Of a DNA stretch of 64,000 bases, positions 9,912 to 19,242 are shown in pieces (the stretch's first letter is position 1; every line of letters starts with the position of its first letter). The DNA comes from an uncultured Pseudomonadales bacterium (GTDB taxonomy: Bacteria > Patescibacteriota > Microgenomatia > UBA1400 > Chazhemtobacteraceae), in NCBI GenBank assembly GCA_964422035.1, contig CAYQZQ010000001.1, positions 313,013 to 377,012 on the forward strand. The letters are read 5' to 3'. A model generated the notes under the pieces. It was given only the letters and a program-made list of their open reading frames with translations, was not told the origin of the DNA and did not search any database. Position numbers and translations under genes: made by a program.

Positions 9912-11052
9912 AGCTGATAAAGTAGCCGCGGGTAAACAGGGCTATTGAAAAGAATGAAAGAATGACCAAAGTTGTGTAGATGATAATTTTGGTTTTTTTG
10001 TTTTTATTTTCTAACCACTTGCCCATCAATATAAAAGCAGGAAATAGAACCAATACATAGCGGGGCATAGAGGAGAAGGTGCCGGTTATGGTTGGTAAAA
10101 GATAGGAAGGCAGGACATACAACGCATAAGAGAGACGAGAGTGTTTAAATAGCAGAATAGATAAGCCTAAGAAAAGACCACCTGTAAGGGCTTCTAGCAG
10201 GACGGTGAAAAACAAAGGCGATAAGTGATTCACAAAGACAAGCATCTTGGCATATCGGTAGAATACCTGGTGCAATAAGATCATCTTACCTACTTCTCTT
10301 TGAGCGCCAAACAAGGGTTGAATGGTGGCAAAGTAGAATGGGTCTCCAACTGAGCGCTGCAAGAAAAGCATGTAGGCTATTAAACCTACTGGTGTAAGTA
10401 AAAACCAGATCCAGCTGGGATTTTGAAATGATTTTTTGATGTCTTTGCCATTGGAAATCCAAAACTCTACAAGAAGGGCAGGAATTAAAAAGACGCCTGT
10501 TAGACGAGTAGCTGTAGCAATAGAGACCAGGACTGAAGAAAGAAGCCATCGCTTTTTTCTAGCTGTATAAAAGACTAAAACAGAGATAAGTAGAAATAAG
10601 GACTCGGAATAGACACTGGCAAAGAAAAAGGAGGTGGGGAAAAGCAAAAGCAGCATAATAGTAGAGTGAGCTGTTTTCTCAGAATAATCTAGCTTTATCA
10701 AGCGAATTAGAAAATACAAAGCTGCCAAAAAAGATAAATGAGATATTGTAAGGGCCGAAAACAAGTAACTGGGGAAAACATTGGATATTAGCCTGATAAC
10801 TGAGGGATAAACGGGGAAAAATGCTTGCATAAAACCGGTTTGAGGGTGGTTGTAGCCAAAACGAGCTAACTTCAAGTAGTGCTGACCATCAAAACTTGCC
10901 CACATTAAAGAAAGATCAGGCAGTTTAAAATTAGGGCCGTGTAAGGTAAAACCTTGGTGAAATGGAAAGATGAAAACCGCTAGCAGCCCAATCAATGTTA
11001 TAACGATTCGCCAGGAAAAAAATTTTACTAACAGCTTTTTAAGCATGTGCAT
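9910..11052 (-). CDS. PIG-V / GPI-mannosyltransferase-II-like (GT76-like) polytopic membrane glycosyltransferase
   Basis: N-terminal luminal-loop motif FDGQHYLKLARFGY...QAFFPVYPS parallels the PIG-V signature HWDAEHFLFIAEHGY...FAFFPGFPL. About 10 predicted TM helices. Confidence 0.6.
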   Translation of the reverse strand: MHMLKKLLVKFFSWRIVITLIGLLAVFIFPFHQGFTLHGPNFKLPDLSLMWASFDGQHYLKLARFGYNHPQTGFMQAFFPVYPSVIRLISNVFPSYLFSALTISHLSFLAALYFLIRLIKLDYSEKTAHSTIMLLLLFPTSFFFASVYSESLFLLISVLVFYTARKKRWLLSSVLVSIATATRLTGVFLIPALLVEFWISNGKDIKKSFQNPSWIWFLLTPVGLIAYMLFLQRSVGDPFYFATIQPLFGAQREVGKMILLHQVFYRYAKMLVFVNHLSPLFFTVLLEALTGGLFLGLSILLFKHSRLSYALYVLPSYLLPTITGTFSSMPRYVLVLFPAFILMGKWLENKNKKTKIIIYTTLVILSFFSIALFTRGYFIS

Positions 11053-11065
11053 ATTTTAGCAATTT

Positions 11066-12139
11066 TTAAGCTTTGGGGGGCTGGACGATTTTTAAAACGT
11101 TTTTATATACCTTAAGAGTCTGTTTGGCAGTTTTTTTCCAGGAATAGTCTTCTGCTTTTTTAAGCCCTGCATTAATCAGTTGAGCTCGTTTTGATTTTGG
11201 CAAAGAAAGTGCTTTCTTTAAAGTGTCTTGAAATTGCTTTTGATTTTTAGGGTCAAAACTTAAAGTATTTTCGGGGTAAATTTCTGGCAAACTTGAGGTG
11301 TTGGAGGAGACAACTAAGCAGCCAGCACTCATAGCCTCCAAAACTGGCAAACCAAAGCCCTCATATAAAGATGGCTGACAGTACAAAGTGGCTAAGTGAT
11401 ATATGGCAGATAGATCAGCTGTGAGGACAAAACCTAGTGCTTGTATGGAGTCATGTTGGTTGATTTTTTGCTTGATTGTAGACAGCTGCTTAAGTTCGGG
11501 ATGAGTTTTTTGAATACCTAGCTTTGATTTTAAAGAGAAAGTTTGACGAGCAGGTTTGGTAAACTCGGAGCCCACCAATACCAAGTTCACGTTTAGATTT
11601 TGACAAGCTTTAATAAGAGAAAGTATATTTTTATTTGGATTTACACCTCCGACATATAAAACAAACTTTTTGGGCAGTTGATATTTTTGCTTGATTTTCT
11701 CAAGCTGGTCTTGAGAGACTGGTTTTTTATAGACAGGATCTACCGCTAGTGGGGTAACATGAATTTTGTTTTCAGGAACTGATAAATATTTTTTGATATC
11801 TTTTTTGGAGTTGTGGGAGTCTGTCAGTATGGCTGCGGCTGATTTTAGGCTAAATTTTTGCAGCTGTAGAGAGATACGAGCGCGAACACCTTGTGGGTAT
11901 TTATCTGATAGAACCAGGGGGGTAACATCGTGGATGGTGACTACAGTTGGTGCTTTTTTTACAAAAGGAAGGGAAGGATAGAAAAGATCAAAGAAAGGAA
12001 AATGAATTATGTCTGGATCACTTGAAACAAGCTTGATTTTATCAATTTTCTCAAAAGCTGAAATCAAATTTTTAGTATAAAAACCAATTCCTCTACCTGA
12101 GGAGTGTTGATTAGGTAAAAGCAAGCGTATTTTCTTCAT
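11066..12139 (-). CDS. GT4 (GT-B, Glycos_transf_1) glycosyltransferase
   Basis: C-terminal EX7E-type motif GFGLPVLEAMSAGCLVVSSNTSSLPE. Confidence 0.8.
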   Translation of the reverse strand: MKKIRLLLPNQHSSGRGIGFYTKNLISAFEKIDKIKLVSSDPDIIHFPFFDLFYPSLPFVKKAPTVVTIHDVTPLVLSDKYPQGVRARISLQLQKFSLKSAAAILTDSHNSKKDIKKYLSVPENKIHVTPLAVDPVYKKPVSQDQLEKIKQKYQLPKKFVLYVGGVNPNKNILSLIKACQNLNVNLVLVGSEFTKPARQTFSLKSKLGIQKTHPELKQLSTIKQKINQHDSIQALGFVLTADLSAIYHLATLYCQPSLYEGFGLPVLEAMSAGCLVVSSNTSSLPEIYPENTLSFDPKNQKQFQDTLKKALSLPKSKRAQLINAGLKKAEDYSWKKTAKQTLKVYKNVLKIVQPPKA

Positions 12140-12144
12140 AATGG

Positions 12145-13002
12145 TTAGTTCCAGTCTTTTTTAAGGTCTATGTCTCTTGATTGCTTTTCAAGTTCCCAAA
12201 GTTTTAAGAAACTTAACTGATGGTGAATACCGGAGAACAAACAGAACACAAAGCCTGGGAAACCGTCTTTGAAACCACGGTGGCGTAGATACATACTTAA
12301 AAATGTTGAAGTGGGTTTGATAATCATAAAGTTTATAAAGCTGAAAAGGTTCACTTTCTGACCGCGTTCTTTTAGAAATTGGGCGGTTAGTGATGAGTAT
12401 CTATTTTCTCGCTGCAGATATCTACTGAAAGTGGGAGTGGCCAGGTGATCCATGTCGTGCTTTAACCAAGCGGTAGGACCATCAACCTCCATTTGCTCGT
12501 GAACGTCCTTGGCGGGCAGGCGAGCTTTGCCTTTTTTCAAAAGTCTGATGACCGGATCTGGGTATTGACCTGATTTTTTAAGAACTCTACCTAGAAAGTA
12601 ATTTTTTCTTTTAATCCAGTAAGCTACTGGTTTTGGCTTGTCTTTAGGATATTCTTGTTTTGCTTTCCAACCGGTGTAACCTAAGTAATCTGTTGAGATA
12701 AGTCTTTTTATTTCATCAGCAAGATCTTGGGGGATGATTTCATCAGCATCTAGTTGCAGTATCCATTCTCCCCTGCTCTCGTCGAGGGCCATGTTCTTAT
12801 TGATGTGAAATATGGGTTTGTTGGTGGTTTTAATGACTTTGGCACCTAGATCTTTGGCAAGTTTTCGAGTGTTATCAATTGAGCTGCCATCAACGACCAC
12901 TATCTCATCAGCTAAATCATTGACTGACTCAAGACAGGCAACGATGTTGTCTTCCTCATTGTAGGTAGCTAGGGCTACTGAAAGTTTGATATCTTTGGCC
13001 AT
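12145..13002 (-). CDS. GT2 glycosyltransferase
   Basis: LSVALATYNEEDNI ... VVVDGSSIDNT ... LQLDADE motifs. Confidence 0.75.
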   Translation of the reverse strand: MAKDIKLSVALATYNEEDNIVACLESVNDLADEIVVVDGSSIDNTRKLAKDLGAKVIKTTNKPIFHINKNMALDESRGEWILQLDADEIIPQDLADEIKRLISTDYLGYTGWKAKQEYPKDKPKPVAYWIKRKNYFLGRVLKKSGQYPDPVIRLLKKGKARLPAKDVHEQMEVDGPTAWLKHDMDHLATPTFSRYLQRENRYSSLTAQFLKERGQKVNLFSFINFMIIKPTSTFLSMYLRHRGFKDGFPGFVFCLFSGIHHQLSFLKLWELEKQSRDIDLKKDWN

Positions 13003-13004
13003 GT

Positions 13005-14681
13005 TTAAATTTTATCAGTTGAGTAAATTTTAAAGACTGGTTGATGGTTAGGATAACGGATTATGTACTGGGGAACAAGCTGAGAGGGAGCAGAGTCAGG
13101 GTCAGTGACGATAAGAGTGGAGGGAGTTGATGAGTCATCCTGCCAGTTGATGTCTTTGAAGACAAATTTGCCAAATGATTCACCCGTTGAGAAGCCGAAC
13201 TTGTCTCGACTGGTAAAGACTAGCGTCTCTTGGAGATCTTTTGGTGGGTATTTTAGGAAAAAGGCGGTGAGAATGTAGGGCTGGTCGTATTTGTCGGTGA
13301 TAATTATTTTCTGATACTTATCCTGATGTGAGACAAGATAATCACCCAGCTGCTCAAAGCCGTATTCCCAAGCGTATGGATACTCTTTTGGGTAATGAAC
13401 AGAGTACTGATGAGCCCATGAAGCCGTACTGTAAGTTAAGATCAAGACAAAAAGTATTGAAGTTGCTTTCAAAAGTAGTTTTGATTTGTCTTTTATATAT
13501 GAAAGTAGGCCAAACACGCCCCAAGCTGTGATGATAGTTAAAGGAACAACCATGTTTTGAGATCTTAGAGCATGAGGAGATTGAAATGTCAGCGCGGCAG
13601 CGACTGGTGATATTAACAACCAGGCAAGAAGAAGTTGGGTTGATTTGTTCTTTAGGTTCTGAGTGGCTTTGGCCAAACCTAGAGCTACAAATGGAGCTAA
13701 AAATAAGTAGCTTTGACCTAAGCCTGGGACTTTACTGCGGGCAATTTCATCACCTTTGAGGAATAAAAAGCTGGGAGAAAAGTGACTTAGGTAGTTTTTT
13801 AGAAATTCCATGCCGTAAGAGAGATAGCGGTTATGCAAGGCCCGAACCCAGAGGGTATTACTTGCACCTATGTGTTGGCGGCGCATCTCTAAAGCACGCC
13901 AAAGTGGGCCGCTGTCGGCAAAGATAGAGACACCGGCAAAGCGAGAGCTGGCAGCCCCTGAGAAGAATTGTTTTAACAGGGGAATAGACAATGCAGCCGC
14001 TAAGACAAGTGAGAAGATAAATATTTTCTGGTGCGACTGAAAGGATTTTTTAATTTCTTTCCAGTAGATAATTAAAATGGCCAAGCCAAGAAGTGGCACA
14101 ATGACCCGCATTGAGTGATAGGTATACAAAGAAGCAATAACTGACAAGGCAGCTGGAAGGTAAAGGTTGGGTTTGTTGTTTATGGCTTTGTAGGCTAGAT
14201 AGACTCCGAGGGTTAGGAAAAAGGTGGCTGCGTTAACCTCCCAACCACCGCGGGAAAAGTGCAGATGCCAGGGAGAAACGCTTAGTAACAAAGCTGATAT
14301 TAAGCCCAGTGAACCCTTACAGCCTAAAATGGTGATTTGTCTTTTCTTGAAAAGTTGATTAACGAGTAAGTAAACCAGATATATTGTAGCTACACCCATT
14401 AGAGCTGAAGGAAGGCGAACAACCAAAGTGTTTAGGCCTAAAAGCTTTACGAAGGGGATGGTGATATAAAAATAAAATGGAGGCTTGTAATCATCAAAAG
14501 AGCGGAAACTTAAGGGCCAGGAGTTGCCGTGCTCGTCTTGGCCGGTTTGAATTAGAGAGTAAGCATTGTAACCAATGGCTGCCTCGTCAGCGTTTAGACC
14601 AGAAGGAAAGTTAGGCAAAGCAACAAGTCGAAGAGTGGCAGCGAGCAGTAATACTAGAATTATTTTAAGATTTTTTTTCAT
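13005..14681 (-). CDS. GT-C membrane glycosyltransferase, ArnT/PMT family (family A, paralog 1 of 5)
   Basis: TM1 then first-loop DE motif NADEAAIGYNAYSL..DEHGN...PLxF(K/R)SFxDYKPP. 12+ TM helices with a hydrophilic C-terminal domain. N-terminal 110 aa align across all five paralogs. Confidence 0.75.
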   Translation of the reverse strand: MKKNLKIILVLLLAATLRLVALPNFPSGLNADEAAIGYNAYSLIQTGQDEHGNSWPLSFRSFDDYKPPFYFYITIPFVKLLGLNTLVVRLPSALMGVATIYLVYLLVNQLFKKRQITILGCKGSLGLISALLLSVSPWHLHFSRGGWEVNAATFFLTLGVYLAYKAINNKPNLYLPAALSVIASLYTYHSMRVIVPLLGLAILIIYWKEIKKSFQSHQKIFIFSLVLAAALSIPLLKQFFSGAASSRFAGVSIFADSGPLWRALEMRRQHIGASNTLWVRALHNRYLSYGMEFLKNYLSHFSPSFLFLKGDEIARSKVPGLGQSYLFLAPFVALGLAKATQNLKNKSTQLLLAWLLISPVAAALTFQSPHALRSQNMVVPLTIITAWGVFGLLSYIKDKSKLLLKATSILFVLILTYSTASWAHQYSVHYPKEYPYAWEYGFEQLGDYLVSHQDKYQKIIITDKYDQPYILTAFFLKYPPKDLQETLVFTSRDKFGFSTGESFGKFVFKDINWQDDSSTPSTLIVTDPDSAPSQLVPQYIIRYPNHQPVFKIYSTDKI

Positions 14682-16342
14682 TTGGTTTTGATAACTCTAA
14701 ATACTACATCAGCACTGTCAGGAAGTATAATCTCTTTATAAAACTCGATAAAATCTTGATCTTTATTGAAACTGTCAGGAATATTGCCCGTATTACCTAT
14801 AAAGACTGTGTCTTCAAATCTTTCAATTTCGGTGGGGCTGAATTGCTGAAAGGAAACTCTATCTAGACTCGACACTCTGCCGACGTCTACACCGCCTTGA
14901 ATAAAATTAACCTTGGATTGATACTCTGAGGGCGGGTACTGGGTGTAGAAAAGATAGTATATGTAAGGCTGTCCGTAAACATCGGTGAAAACTACTTTTG
15001 AGTCAGGATAACTCTCTATCACTTCAATTGCTTTTTTATAACCATAATTAAACTCTTGGGCAAGTTCTTTGTCAGAGTGATTAAAGTACATATCTAGACC
15101 TAGAACAATAATCAATAGATAGGTTACTGCAAGAGGTATAAATAACCACTTTTTTTGATATAGCTGGTATAACCCTGCCCCTATCAAGATGCTTAAGGGA
15201 ATAACCATGAAGATAGTACGAATTGTCGAGGCCTCGCTTAGGGTTAAAGATGCGGGGAGCGGAGATATTAAAAACAAAGACAGTGTCAAGTACTTGGCTT
15301 TTGACCTTGTTTTGTTTAGTAAGTAATACAAGCCGGCCGAAAGCCAAATGAAGTCTAGGATGTACAGCATGCCCTGGTCAGGTAGATGCTCCCTTTTTAC
15401 TTCAAGATTACCGGCGTAAAAAAGGAGTTCTGGTGAAAAATGGTGTAAATAACGGCCGAATATTAACTTGATGGGTAGATCAATTTGGTGATGGAAAAGC
15501 GCAAGAGAGAGTGGATTATAGTCGTCAATTTGTTTGACGTGTTGAGTAACTTGAGGGCGGTACCCTAAAATACTTAACCTTTGCAGGCGATTTCCAACTG
15601 GACCAATTAAGTTAGTGACAAATAAAGAGGTGGTAATTGCTGCGCAAATAACCACGACGGACAAGTCAAGCTTTTTTGAGGTGATGACACTAATTAGACG
15701 AGTAATAAATACTTTCCAGTAAATTATCATTACGATTAAAAAGACAAGTGGTGTAAGCAACTTGGCCCCTTGGTAAACAAAAAAGGTCAGGGTGGCTAAG
15801 ACAACTGAGGGCCACAAGTGAATATTGTGTTTTATAAATTTTAGGAAAAAATAAAGGGCAAAAACAAGCAGGGTAACAAATACATTCGCCTCCCAGGCGC
15901 CGTGAGAAAAATGCAGATGCCAGGGAGAAACAGCTAAGACAAAAGAGGAAAATAAAGCAAGAGGAGTAGATTTCTTGCTATCAAAGACTAACCTGACTAG
16001 AAGGAAAACTCCATAGATAGCTAAAGTGCCAAAAAGAGCTGAGGGGAAGCGGACTGCGAAGTTGTTTAAGCCAGACAAGAAAACGAAAGGGGTAGTTAGA
16101 TATATATAAAGACCAGGCTTGTAATCTCCGAAGGATTTGAAGATTAAAGGCAGCAGATTGCCGTGTTCGTCACGAGCTGTTTTTATTATTGAGTAAGCGT
16201 TGTAACCTAAGGATGCTTCATCCCAGGTTAAACCAGGAGGGTGAGAAGCCAGGCGATAGAGGCGCAGAGCAAAGCCTAGGGCAATAATTAAGACAAGAAC
16301 AATGTATGGCCAGAAACGAATCAGCTTATCTTTTAATTTCAT
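14678..16342 (-). CDS. GT-C membrane glycosyltransferase, ArnT/PMT family (family A, paralog 2)
   Basis: TWDEASLGYNAYSI...DEHGN..PLIFKSFGDYKPGLYIYLTTPFV shares the family A N-terminal signature. 4-nt overlap with neighbour. Confidence 0.75.
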   Translation of the reverse strand: MKLKDKLIRFWPYIVLVLIIALGFALRLYRLASHPPGLTWDEASLGYNAYSIIKTARDEHGNLLPLIFKSFGDYKPGLYIYLTTPFVFLSGLNNFAVRFPSALFGTLAIYGVFLLVRLVFDSKKSTPLALFSSFVLAVSPWHLHFSHGAWEANVFVTLLVFALYFFLKFIKHNIHLWPSVVLATLTFFVYQGAKLLTPLVFLIVMIIYWKVFITRLISVITSKKLDLSVVVICAAITTSLFVTNLIGPVGNRLQRLSILGYRPQVTQHVKQIDDYNPLSLALFHHQIDLPIKLIFGRYLHHFSPELLFYAGNLEVKREHLPDQGMLYILDFIWLSAGLYYLLNKTRSKAKYLTLSLFLISPLPASLTLSEASTIRTIFMVIPLSILIGAGLYQLYQKKWLFIPLAVTYLLIIVLGLDMYFNHSDKELAQEFNYGYKKAIEVIESYPDSKVVFTDVYGQPYIYYLFYTQYPPSEYQSKVNFIQGGVDVGRVSSLDRVSFQQFSPTEIERFEDTVFIGNTGNIPDSFNKDQDFIEFYKEIILPDSADVVFRVIKTK

Positions 16343-16343
16343 A

Positions 16344-18059
16344 CTAGTTTAGCTCTAGAATAACAAAGGCAATGTCTCTGCTTTGAGGATACTCAATTAT
16401 CTTTAAGATTTTTCCGTTACTGGGAACATGTAGTGGAGTGGTAACCAGAAGACTGTTTTGTGTAGGAAGCATGACTTTGCTTTCCAGGACAAGGCTTTCT
16501 GCTGGTCTGTAGGAGGGAATGTCCCAGGCATTAACAAAATAGACAGAACCGATTTTGTCAGTCCAGTACCAGTCAGATTGATAGAATCTAATGTTGTCTG
16601 GATTAGAAGGCCAAAGCTTTTGGGGATCTAGTTTAGTGTGAAAAGCATAAAAGATGTGAGGTTCGGCGTGTTTTTTAGTGATAAATACCCGATCATATTG
16701 ATGTTTATTTTCTTGAACATAATCAATAGCTTGTTGATAACCATATTGCCAAGAAGAGGCGTAGTCATATTGGTATTTTTGCCAGTAAGTCTGATGGTAA
16801 CGATAGAAGGCGAAAGTGATAATTAAAAGCAGGCCCGGTAGGAGTATTTTTTGTGCCCATGAATAGTTTTTAAAGAGGGTTATCAACCAGTGAAGTCCGA
16901 TGACGGACAAAATAATCAAAGCTGGGATCATGGGGTTGGGGCGTAGAGCTTGGGGAGGATCGGCTGTTAATGCAGCGGCTACTGGAGCAAGTAAGAACCA
17001 GCTTAAGGCAAACTTAAAACCCTTAGAGGATGATTTTAGACCGCTACTTACCGCCTTGAAGAAACCAATCACTGCCAAGATATGTACAGGAAGGGTGAGC
17101 AGGTTTTTAACTGGAATAGCAAATTGATACTGAGCACCTTTGACTTGATAAAAGAAGGGCAGCGAGAGATAACCCAGATAGTTTTTGAAAAAGGCCTGAG
17201 CAAAATAAATAGGTCGGTTGAATCTTAGTCTAGCCAAAAGTGAAGGCAGCTGGCTTTGTAACCTATTTTGACCGATTTGATAAACAACTGATGGAGAAAG
17301 AATAGCTAGTTGTGAGTAACGTGCTGTCCCCGACCCGGTTATGACTTGGTAAGCAACTAAGCCTAAAGATGCGAACAGGACTATAGCCGAGATTATCTGC
17401 TTTGTGGTGATCTTGAATTTAGGACGATAGATAACAAACCACATTAACAGAATTAGAGGAACAAAAACTCTGGCAGTGTTGTAGGTGTGCAACGATAGTG
17501 AGAAAAGGATGGAGCTTAAAAGATAATCAGGTGATTTTTTACTGGCTTTCACAAGAGCCCAAGTAGCAAAGATTATTAGAGTAAGAGATAAGTTGGCCTC
17601 CAAAGCTGGCCTGGATATGAAAAAGTGCCAGGGATTTAGAGCTAGAAGAAAAGCTGCAAGTAAGGCTGGTTCTAGTGATAGCTTGCCGATTTTTAATTTG
17701 AATTTGGGAAATAGTTGTTTAAATAAAAGATATATGCCGGGAACTGCCAGAGAGCCGGCGATGACTGAGATAAGGCGGGTTGAGGCAATATTAAGACCGA
17801 AAATGGCAACCGGGATTGTTGTTAGATAGATATATAGAGGTAGTTTGTAGTCACCGAAGGCTCTGAATATTAAAGGAAAGGACTTGCCCCACTCATCTTT
17901 GCCTGTTTTTAGAATAGAAAAAGCGTTGTAGCCATGACTGGCTTCGTCCCAGTTTAAAGAAGGAGGGTTTGAAGCAATACCGCTGTAGCGAAGTGCAAAG
18001 GCAACTAAGGTAAGTAGAAGAACTACAACCAGTTGTTTATTTTTGAGAATTTTTTTCAT
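16344..18059 (-). CDS. GT-C membrane glycosyltransferase, ArnT/PMT family (family A, paralog 3)
   Basis: NWDEASHGYNAFSI...DEWGKSFPLIFRAFGDYKLPLYIYLTT. Confidence 0.75.
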   Translation of the reverse strand: MKKILKNKQLVVVLLLTLVAFALRYSGIASNPPSLNWDEASHGYNAFSILKTGKDEWGKSFPLIFRAFGDYKLPLYIYLTTIPVAIFGLNIASTRLISVIAGSLAVPGIYLLFKQLFPKFKLKIGKLSLEPALLAAFLLALNPWHFFISRPALEANLSLTLIIFATWALVKASKKSPDYLLSSILFSLSLHTYNTARVFVPLILLMWFVIYRPKFKITTKQIISAIVLFASLGLVAYQVITGSGTARYSQLAILSPSVVYQIGQNRLQSQLPSLLARLRFNRPIYFAQAFFKNYLGYLSLPFFYQVKGAQYQFAIPVKNLLTLPVHILAVIGFFKAVSSGLKSSSKGFKFALSWFLLAPVAAALTADPPQALRPNPMIPALIILSVIGLHWLITLFKNYSWAQKILLPGLLLIITFAFYRYHQTYWQKYQYDYASSWQYGYQQAIDYVQENKHQYDRVFITKKHAEPHIFYAFHTKLDPQKLWPSNPDNIRFYQSDWYWTDKIGSVYFVNAWDIPSYRPAESLVLESKVMLPTQNSLLVTTPLHVPSNGKILKIIEYPQSRDIAFVILELN

Positions 18060-19242
18060 GAAAGAGAGGTATAAAATCAGTAATCAAAACGGCGACAAGC
18101 CAAGCCCGGGCCAACAAAACCAGAATAGATAAATTATTGGTCAGCAGTTGCGGTAGTTGTGGTAGGGATTTGTTGGCATTAAGGAAGATGTTAAGGTGTA
18201 AGCTGGATTCAAAGGAAAATAGAATAAATAACCAAGCAAGTATAGATGCAAAGTAAGTAAAGAGATTTTTACTTTCGACTGCATTGTAAATAAGCCAGGG
18301 AGTTATCCAGACAAACCATTGGGGGTGGAAATGAGTGAAGGAAAGAGTGGACAAGATGACAGCACCAAAAGCTTGAATTAGGTTAATTTTCTTTTTGAAG
18401 GCAAGCAGAAAGATTAGGGAATAGAAGATAAAGAACCAGGGTATCTGAGTACCTGAGGCAATTTCAATACCGGCAAAAAGGCTCTTGGTTAAGTGATGGG
18501 CACCGAGAACACAAGTTTTGTAGGCCTGAGAGGAAAGAAATGGAAGTATTATGAGAGCAAATAAGCCAAAGCCTGAGAAAACAGCCAGACAAGCTTGCTT
18601 GAAGTCTTTTTTGTATAGGGCGTATATGCCAAGTAAGGGCAACAAAGCTAGACTTAAAGGTTTTGTTAGAGCTGATAAGGATAAAAGAATCGCAGACAGA
18701 ATATAGCGATGAGAAACAGCAGAGATAGTGGCGGCTAGAAGGAAGAATATTAATATGGCATCAACTTGGCCTATCATTGACGAGACATAAATGGCCACCG
18801 GATTTAGAGCCCAAAGTATTTGAGCGTTGATCTTTTTCTTTTTACTGTTGAAAAGTTTTGGCAACAACCAGATTATGGATAAGTCAGCCAGTATCAAGGG
18901 TAGTTTGTATATTAATATCGGAAGATAGACTGATTGTCCAGCCAGTAAAGCCGAGGGAGACTGAATTAAAAGAGAAGAAATGCCGGAAAGCAAAGAAATA
19001 AAGGGGAGATATACGAGGCTGGGGATAAAGTAAGCCAAGGGTTGATAAATAAGGCCGTCGCTGACAAAACTTAGTCCCTGCTGGTAGAGATCAAAGATGT
19101 GGCCTTTGAGAATTAGATGAGAAGAGATTGTTAGAGCAGAAAGATCAGAATGATAGGTAGTAACTGCTAGAACCAACCTGATTACTATACCCAAGATTAG
19201 TGCAAGTTTAAAAAATTTATTTTTCTTCATCTGGAAAATCAA
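18037..19242 (-). CDS. Polytopic membrane protein, probable GT-C-type glycosyltransferase (family E, paralog of 22615-23778)
   Basis: ~10 TM helices. Shares the motif YKLPLILADLSIIWLLPKLF with 22615-23778 (LKLPAILADLGIGFLIYKFV). Confidence 0.5.
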   Translation of the reverse strand: MIFQMKKNKFFKLALILGIVIRLVLAVTTYHSDLSALTISSHLILKGHIFDLYQQGLSFVSDGLIYQPLAYFIPSLVYLPFISLLSGISSLLIQSPSALLAGQSVYLPILIYKLPLILADLSIIWLLPKLFNSKKKKINAQILWALNPVAIYVSSMIGQVDAILIFFLLAATISAVSHRYILSAILLSLSALTKPLSLALLPLLGIYALYKKDFKQACLAVFSGFGLFALIILPFLSSQAYKTCVLGAHHLTKSLFAGIEIASGTQIPWFFIFYSLIFLLAFKKKINLIQAFGAVILSTLSFTHFHPQWFVWITPWLIYNAVESKNLFTYFASILAWLFILFSFESSLHLNIFLNANKSLPQLPQLLTNNLSILVLLARAWLVAVLITDFIPLFHEKNSQK

